64,000 bases of DNA from Armatimonadota bacterium. Lineage in GTDB: Bacteria > Armatimonadota > HRBIN16. The translations under genes and the position numbers were made by a program. Under the pieces are notes generated by a model, which saw only the letters and a program-made list of their open reading frames with translations, was not told the DNA's origin and did no database searches. The stretch is from assembly GCA_963677485.1 (NCBI GenBank), contig OY781964.1, forward strand, positions 4,896,001 through 4,960,000, in the 5' to 3' direction. Below are positions 58,440 through 64,000 of this stretch, in pieces (positions within the stretch are counted from its first letter, which is position 1; each line of letters begins with the position of its first letter).

Positions 58440-58927
58440 CTACGCACCTGCGTAAAGTCAACAGATCTCTGAACGATCTCTTCTAGGCTGAGATCCACTT
58501 CAGCGTGCTGGGGAAGCAGGGATTCTGCATCAAACATGTGAAAGAAACGGGTTCTCACCTGACGAACGATGCACAGCGTGCCAGGATAAAGCTCACCAAA
58601 GAAGAACAGCACCTTATGCGGGGCATTCCTTAGCATTGTCTTTTCGTGCTGTGGATATAACAGCGACTGCAGCCAGGCCACCTTCGGTTTCACAGGTCCC
58701 TTAAAGAGCGATAGCTTAAACGAGATTTTGCGGGCTTCACCTGATACATATTGATACCTCGGATGGCTCATCCCAGGCACCTTTATGGTGGCGAAATCCG
58801 TGCTCTTGTCATCGGTGATCTCATCCGGGTTATACTGGAACACGAGCGATTCACGGGTAACCACGTCTACGACGTAACCTGTGGTCTTGCCTCTGACAAA
58901 TGCACTGTGGATGTCGGAATTACTCAT
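58436..58927 (-). CDS. Tube-initiator protein (gp48/gp54-like, CIS tube type)
   Basis: FQYNPDEI...VPGMSHPRYQYVSGEARKISFKL...PHKVLFFFG...LLPQHAEVDLSLEE. Confidence 0.82.
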   Translation of the reverse strand: MSNSDIHSAFVRGKTTGYVVDVVTRESLVFQYNPDEITDDKSTDFATIKVPGMSHPRYQYVSGEARKISFKLSLFKGPVKPKVAWLQSLLYPQHEKTMLRNAPHKVLFFFGELYPGTLCIVRQVRTRFFHMFDAESLLPQHAEVDLSLEEIVQRSVDFTQVRR

Positions 58928-61900
58928 AGTTCCTTACCTTTCTCTCGCGCATATCCTTGTAAACAGCCTGGGCGATCTTCCGACCGTCCAGCTGTGTAGT
59001 CACCGTCACGTCGATGGGCCGGTCGGCCGCGCGGTCGAGCTTCGCGAGGATCGCCTCAAGAAGTGGCCGCAGGTCCTGTAGTGGCCCCCCAGCTTCAGCA
59101 GGTTGAACACTACCTCCTGTGCCTCTGGTGAGAAACAGAAGACGTGACTGCTCGGTCTGCCCAGAACTTTTGTCGCTTCTTGCCCTACTTTGCCCAGCAG
59201 TCACCGGCAAGACCGGTTCCGGCATAGCGCCAGTGAGCAGTGGAGTGAGAGCCAGCGTGCCCGCAAGCGCAGCTGGCAGCACTGCAGAGCTCATATGGGC
59301 AAACGCCTGCTTTAACGCTAAAGAGGGCAGCTGAGACGCCCTGTTAATTCCTGAGCTAAACGTCTCAAGTAGAGCCGTGCCGCTACGAGTAAGCGTTGAA
59401 AGTGGCCCTTCCTTTGCATCCGAAAACGGCAGCAGCTTTCGAAGCCTGAGTAAAGCTAAGCGTAAGGTGTCATATGGCGCCGAAACGGCTGAGCTGATAC
59501 CTGAGGCGATTGTGTTCATAAGCGCCCTACCGCTCTCAAACGCACCTGCCACCAGTCCCCGCAGGCCCGAGAGAACCCTCGAAAACGCACTTGAAGCTGA
59601 ACTGCACACCGAAGACCACGCGGAGGAGGCGAAGGAGGCCAGACTGATAAAAGGCGCTCTTAACCAACCTGTAGCTGCGGATACCATTGCCTGCACACTT
59701 CCCCAAGCAGTCGAGGCAGTGGCTGTCACCTGAGCCCATGCCGTTGCGGCTGCGTCACATATCCACGTGAAGGGTGCTGCCACCATGCTAAAGGCCAATG
59801 CACCTATAGTGGTCACAGCGTTCCACCCTGCAGAGAAGGCAGACAATATTCCCGTCCATACGCTGCGAAGGGCACTCACCATGCCGGGTAACACTGACGC
59901 TAGCGCTCCGAGCAGCGCACTACCAAGAGATTGGAATAAAGCACCCATACCGGTAAACAACCCGCGAAGGAGTTGCCACGCCCCAGATGCTGCGTCTCTT
60001 GCCCACTTAAAAGGTGTCACCAGATACTCGGTGATGGCGTCACGGACGAGTTTCAGGCCGCCGACAACCGAAACCTGGCCAGTCATCATCTGCCACGCGC
60101 TCTCCGCTACACGGCCGACCGTGAGAAAGCTCTGGATAAGCAGCCGCAGAGGTAAATAGAACTTAGCAATGTAAGGCGCCGCCGTGACAAATGCCACCGC
60201 GACGGCCTGACCAAGCCAGACCACAGCCCGCACGACCACCGCCACAACCTTGATGATGAACACAAGCCGGGTGATAATGAACCTCAGCAGATACGCCCCC
60301 ACCTCAAGAAGCACACCGAGGATCTTGCCAAGAGCTTGGCCCAGTGTTCGTAGCGAAGACGAATCCACCGACGCAGCGGCCTCTCCAAAGATGCCGGTCA
60401 CAAAGAGCAGTGCACTGCCAAGCTCAGAAAACGCACCCATCACTGAGCGGATCGCAGGCTCTAGAACCTGGCGAATCTTACCGAACACAGACGAGAAGGC
60501 CTGCCATAGACCTGAGAGGAACTCACGAACTCTGTAATAGACCTGAAACACCGTCGTAACAAACCCCATAAGCCCTGCCGACTGAAGCTTTCCCGCAAGC
60601 TCTGCAGAGATTTGGCCGCTGCCCGCGCTCAGTGAACTGATTAACGCACGTATGCCCTGCACAGCAAGGCTGACTTTATTCCATGCGCCTAAAACCACGT
60701 CCCTGATACCGCCGAAGTTTGTTTCCCAGCCCTTTCGTAGTGAGACTACCGCGATGGCCACAGCGGCGATCACGGCAACTACTGGCCAGAAGTAAGCGGA
60801 GACCGCCGCACCTACGCCGGCCAGTATTGGTCCCAGTGCCGCTATCCCGGCCTGAACAGCGGGCATGACGACACCAATCGTCCCTATCGCAGCGGTCACG
60901 CTACCCACAATTACCAGCACTGCGCCAAGAGAAACGCAGAGTGTCAGCACAGCTCTTGCCACGCCAGGTGCTGCCTTTGCCATATCCTCTAAACGCAGAA
61001 TAAAGCGAGATATCCCCTGAAACACGGGTATCACCACAGGCAGAAGTGTTCGTCCGAGTATCTCAGCGAGGTTCTGCAGCTGCTGCTTGACAAGAGTAAA
61101 CTGCGAGCCGATGTCCATATTCATGGCATTTGCCATCTGCACGGTGACCGCTGTGCCGCCTTTCATCGCGTCCCCTACGCTTCGTATGTTGCCGTCAAGC
61201 TGCTCCATGCCTATAGACATCTGCAGCAGGAAGCGAACAGCCTCGTCAGACCCAAACGCCTTCTTGAGTTTCACCTGGGCCGCAGCCTGGGAAAGGTCCG
61301 GGAACTGTCGTTTTACCTCCTGCAGGATAGGCAGTATGCCCTTTAGCCTGCCGCCAGCATCCACAAATGACAGCCCAAGATCATCCCCCGCCTCGGCCAC
61401 TTTCATCATGAACGCCTTGTAGAGGGTGCCCGCCTCGGAGCCTGGCATCGTGGTCTGAAGCTGACCGAGGATCGCCATCTGCTCCTGCAAAGGCACGTTC
61501 GAGGCGGCCGCTATGGCGCCGATGTTCTTAATGGCCTCTGCCATCTGCGGGCCAGTAGTCTTAAAAACCCCCACCGTCTGCGCAAGTGCTCCGGAGAACA
61601 TCTTGGCCCACTCCATGTCAGGCATCTCTTTTGCAAGCGGCTTAAAGATGCCATACGCCGTGGTGAATGTCTCCACCATCTCCTGAGTGGTGGCTTTCGT
61701 GGCTTTACCGGTGATGGCCGCCATGGCCGCAAATGTGCCGACTGCCGTATCCGATAAGTTTGCGAGGGCTGACTTCACGTCATAGGCCGCGCCGATGAAC
61801 TCGGCTTTGCTCGCTCCGGCCCACTGGTTCGTGAACGCCTCCGCCGCGTCTTCCATAGCCCGGAAATCCTTGACTCCGACTGACGCCAGTTCACCCAGCG

Positions 61901-62132
61901 CCTTCTGCGTCGCTAAGGTCGATGCCACCAGCACCGCGGGCACAGCAAGTAGTGCCAGCCCCGCACCGACCATCATCGTGCCCTTTTCGATAAGGCCGAG
62001 ACTGCGGGTCATGTTCTCACTCGCCTTCGCAACCGATGAATCCAGTGATTCCATAGAGGACTGGATTCGCGAAGCGTTCTGAGTGAAAGCGTCTTTGAGA
62101 CTGACGATTATGCCGAGGCCAAGATCATTCAT
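58920..62132 (-). CDS. Tail tape measure protein (TP901-family core)
   Basis: 1070 aa, Ala-rich and helical, GSEAGTLYK core motif, hydrophobic central segments, periodic W/F repeats, C-terminal LDGRKIAQAV. Confidence 0.92.
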   Translation of the reverse strand: MNDLGLGIIVSLKDAFTQNASRIQSSMESLDSSVAKASENMTRSLGLIEKGTMMVGAGLALLAVPAVLVASTLATQKALGELASVGVKDFRAMEDAAEAFTNQWAGASKAEFIGAAYDVKSALANLSDTAVGTFAAMAAITGKATKATTQEMVETFTTAYGIFKPLAKEMPDMEWAKMFSGALAQTVGVFKTTGPQMAEAIKNIGAIAAASNVPLQEQMAILGQLQTTMPGSEAGTLYKAFMMKVAEAGDDLGLSFVDAGGRLKGILPILQEVKRQFPDLSQAAAQVKLKKAFGSDEAVRFLLQMSIGMEQLDGNIRSVGDAMKGGTAVTVQMANAMNMDIGSQFTLVKQQLQNLAEILGRTLLPVVIPVFQGISRFILRLEDMAKAAPGVARAVLTLCVSLGAVLVIVGSVTAAIGTIGVVMPAVQAGIAALGPILAGVGAAVSAYFWPVVAVIAAVAIAVVSLRKGWETNFGGIRDVVLGAWNKVSLAVQGIRALISSLSAGSGQISAELAGKLQSAGLMGFVTTVFQVYYRVREFLSGLWQAFSSVFGKIRQVLEPAIRSVMGAFSELGSALLFVTGIFGEAAASVDSSSLRTLGQALGKILGVLLEVGAYLLRFIITRLVFIIKVVAVVVRAVVWLGQAVAVAFVTAAPYIAKFYLPLRLLIQSFLTVGRVAESAWQMMTGQVSVVGGLKLVRDAITEYLVTPFKWARDAASGAWQLLRGLFTGMGALFQSLGSALLGALASVLPGMVSALRSVWTGILSAFSAGWNAVTTIGALAFSMVAAPFTWICDAAATAWAQVTATASTAWGSVQAMVSAATGWLRAPFISLASFASSAWSSVCSSASSAFSRVLSGLRGLVAGAFESGRALMNTIASGISSAVSAPYDTLRLALLRLRKLLPFSDAKEGPLSTLTRSGTALLETFSSGINRASQLPSLALKQAFAHMSSAVLPAALAGTLALTPLLTGAMPEPVLPVTAGQSRARSDKSSGQTEQSRLLFLTRGTGGSVQPAEAGGPLQDLRPLLEAILAKLDRAADRPIDVTVTTQLDGRKIAQAVYKDMRERKVRNYE

Positions 62133-62308
62133 TATCTACGGGCACGCTCCATTTCCTGTTTTTCATAGTCAAGCTGCCTTTCTAGCGCTTCGACGAACTC
62201 CCGCCGGATGCGCAGCGGCAACTGGGAGACCTGTGCATACTCCCAGTGCAGCCCGCCGTAAGCTAGAAAGAAGGCATCCCTTATAACCGAACTCCGGGGA
62301 ACAAAAAA
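62132..62308 (-). CDS. -1 frameshift extension of the tail assembly chaperone (gpE+E'/gpGT-like)
   Basis: FLAYGGLHWEYAQVSQLPLRIRREFVE lies in the -1 frame with no good own start; its stop overlaps the tape measure ATG (TAATG). Confidence 0.8.
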   Translation of the reverse strand, partial: FFVPRSSVIRDAFFLAYGGLHWEYAQVSQLPLRIRREFVEALERQLDYEKQEMERARR

Positions 62309-62958
62309 GCGGGTTCCGCCTCTAGGCGGGTCCTGATCCGTGCCCCGCACTGCTCGCAGTCGCATTCTATTGTTGTGTCGATACCAGCGTCCACGCGCAG
62401 CATCTCGGCTCTCAGTGCGCTACGGTCACGCATCGACATTTCGCTGAGTGCTTTCTTTGAAGGAGGATTTCCGTCGATGTCGATGATACGCATCAGCATG
62501 GCCGCGGAGATAGAGGGCTCCTGCATCGCAGCGAGCCGCTTTTCTTTGTGACCGTCGAGATAGCCAAACCGCAGCTTTGCACCAGACGCCGGTAGAGTGA
62601 AAGTGAATTTTCTCTCCTCGCCGTAGGGTGTCACGATAAGGTCATTAACGTTAATCAGCTCACGAAACTTTGCCCGGCAGCTGGCATTCGGGCAGGCCAG
62701 CTCAAGCTCCACTTCGTCGCCAAGAGATATCTGGCGCAGTTTCACCAGTGTAAAGAGCCTGTCGCCTGAGAGCATGTCAAGCACGTATTTTGTGGTAATC
62801 TCCCTCGCCTCACCGGTTCGCAGGATGCAGTTAGCAAGCACCTGATTGACCGCGTCACCGGACCTTATGAGGCGCTGGATTGTGAGCAGCTCCTCTTCGG
62901 CCCCTGTCATCTCACGCAGCTCGATCCCGTCGCCACTTGGTAGTTGAAACGCGTACAT
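62281..62958 (-). CDS. Tail assembly chaperone (T4 gp26-like, two CxxC pairs)
   Basis: Lies between tube and tape measure; LREMTGAEEELL, GDRLFTL..LRQIS, CPNASC and CEQC motifs; AAGGAG RBS before ATG 62958. Confidence 0.82.
   Translation of the reverse strand: MYAFQLPSGDGIELREMTGAEEELLTIQRLIRSGDAVNQVLANCILRTGEAREITTKYVLDMLSGDRLFTLVKLRQISLGDEVELELACPNASCRAKFRELINVNDLIVTPYGEERKFTFTLPASGAKLRFGYLDGHKEKRLAAMQEPSISAAMLMRIIDIDGNPPSKKALSEMSMRDRSALRAEMLRVDAGIDTTIECDCEQCGARIRTRLEAEPAFLFPGVRL
62302..62308 (-). other. Programmed -1 ribosomal frameshift heptamer T TTT TTG
   Basis: GCT TTT TTG TTC lies a few codons before the chaperone stop. A -1 slip reads FFVPRSSVIRDAFF. Confidence 0.82.
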
Positions 62959-62972
62959 GTGGTTTTCTCCTT

Positions 62973-63431
62973 TTAGTCCCAGTACTGATAGCACAGACTG
63001 ATTTTTTCGATCGTGTTGTCGGAGCTGCCGCCCTCGAGTTCGTCGTATTCAAGCGACTTGATCCACGCGCCGTGCAGCGTCCAGCGCCTGGTTTCGCTGC
63101 CAGAGCGGTCGTAGCGCACGATGTCTACCACCCGCATATACTCGTCAGGTAAAGCGCCTACACCGGCATTCACCTCAGCCTGTTGCCGAACCCAGTTACG
63201 AGCAGCTTCATCGGAGCCGTCTGCCAGCACGCCCTTTTCAAGGGTGATATCCTCAAACTTCATGCGCCCAGCAACCTTCTGGTCAAACATTGAGCCTGCT
63301 GGCGAAAAGGCCACCTCCTCAAACTCGGTCTTTGGCTCCTGGCCTTTGCGAAATAACGCCACGTCAAAGCCATTGATCTCAATAGCGAACTGCCAGTTCT
63401 GATACAGGCTCTGGGGCATAGTGACTTCCAT
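62973..63431 (-). CDS. Tail tube protein (T4 gp19-like)
   Basis: FAIEING, KVAGRMKFEDITLEKG, RWTLHGAWIKSLEYDELEG and IEKISL. Confidence 0.93.
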   Translation of the reverse strand: MEVTMPQSLYQNWQFAIEINGFDVALFRKGQEPKTEFEEVAFSPAGSMFDQKVAGRMKFEDITLEKGVLADGSDEAARNWVRQQAEVNAGVGALPDEYMRVVDIVRYDRSGSETRRWTLHGAWIKSLEYDELEGGSSDNTIEKISLCYQYWD

Positions 63432-64000
63432 CACAGCACCTCCCTAAAGTTAGCGCCGGTTGCGGTGAGAATGAAGCTCAGTTCCACGAACTCCGCGGTC
63501 TTGATGGGTTTGACGAACACCCGGGCGACCATCTGGTTTTGGTCTATCACCTGGGGGGTATTGGTCTCATCATCGCACTGCACCCGGAAGTCGTAGAACC
63601 CGCCTTTACCCTTGATGCCCTGCAGGAACGGAGTGATGATACGCACCAGAGCACGCCAGGTCTGAGCGTTATTAGGCTCAAAGAGCACATACCGGGCGGA
63701 CTGAGAGATCGCTTCCTCGACATACATCATGAGCCGTCGCACGTTGATCCGGTCTGTGGCTGATGGCTGGCTCTGCAGCGTCTTCTGCCCCCAGATGTTT
63801 ATGCCCGAATCCACAAACGAGGCAATGACGTTAATGCCCTCCAAGTAGAGTGCGTCACGCTCACCGCGACTTGTCTTGTAAGCTAATGATTGGGCGTTAA
63901 ATATACGCCCCCTATCGATACCGGCCGGCGCGTACCACACCTCGGCCTTCTGGTCATTCCTGGCGATACAACCAGCCACGGCCCCTGATGGTGGAACTAG
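63431..64000 (-). CDS. Contractile tail sheath protein, C-terminal part (5'-truncated by window edge)
   Basis: VPPSGAVAG..ARND, VWYAPAG, IWGQKTL, INVRRL, FEPNN and KPIKTAEFV. Confidence 0.96.
   Translation of the reverse strand, partial: LVPPSGAVAGCIARNDQKAEVWYAPAGIDRGRIFNAQSLAYKTSRGERDALYLEGINVIASFVDSGINIWGQKTLQSQPSATDRINVRRLMMYVEEAISQSARYVLFEPNNAQTWRALVRIITPFLQGIKGKGGFYDFRVQCDDETNTPQVIDQNQMVARVFVKPIKTAEFVELSFILTATGANFREVL

Larger units (their letters stand above)
42842..64000 (-). mobile_element. Contractile-tail gene module (myovirus-like prophage or phage-derived injection system), continuing beyond the window
   Basis: Co-oriented, mostly overlapping genes in the order sheath, tube, chaperone, tape measure, tube initiator, LysM/X, hub, spike, PAAR, gp25, J, I, fibres. 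Confidence 0.92.

Noticed and set aside
42842-64000. Type VI secretion system
   Set aside because: No TssJLM, TssK or ClpV; a tape measure and frameshifting chaperone indicate a phage-type tail.
1-64000. CRISPR arrays, rRNA, IS transposases, integrase
   Set aside because: No regularly spaced direct repeats or matching ORFs noticed; short or degenerate elements could be missed without computation.

Overview
Bacterial genomic DNA, probably from an anaerobe, in four blocks. (1) 1-11881 (+): a tightly coupled operon with a membrane polyferredoxin, two PQQ-like beta-propeller proteins, a fused HydC-HydB (NuoE-NuoF) flavoprotein, an Fe-S/FAD subunit with no H-cluster or Mo domain, and a LolD/FtsX-type ABC transporter. 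It looks like an electron-bifurcating module of unknown function. (2) 11900-25402: a complete [FeFe]-hydrogenase locus, rex-hydC-hydB-hydA-hydS-SpoIIE-type phosphatase (-) divergent from hydE-hydG-aspA-hydF (+), with a Rex-like operator between them. (3) 25907-42698 (-): a mostly AT-rich Wzx/Wzy polysaccharide cluster with unusual tailoring enzymes. Its left edge carries a tRNA/tmRNA-3'-end-like remnant and a terminator. (4) 42842-64000 (-): a contractile-tail module (sheath, tube, frameshifting tail chaperone, tape measure, hub, spike, PAAR, baseplate, fibres) reading directly into the polysaccharide cluster. Blocks 3 and 4 may form one integrated element. No head, integrase or endolysin genes, CRISPR arrays, rRNA or intact tRNA are visible. 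All calls come from reading motifs by eye; no searches were run and GC statements are visual estimates. Several start codons were moved from the ORF track using RBS and stop/start overlap evidence.
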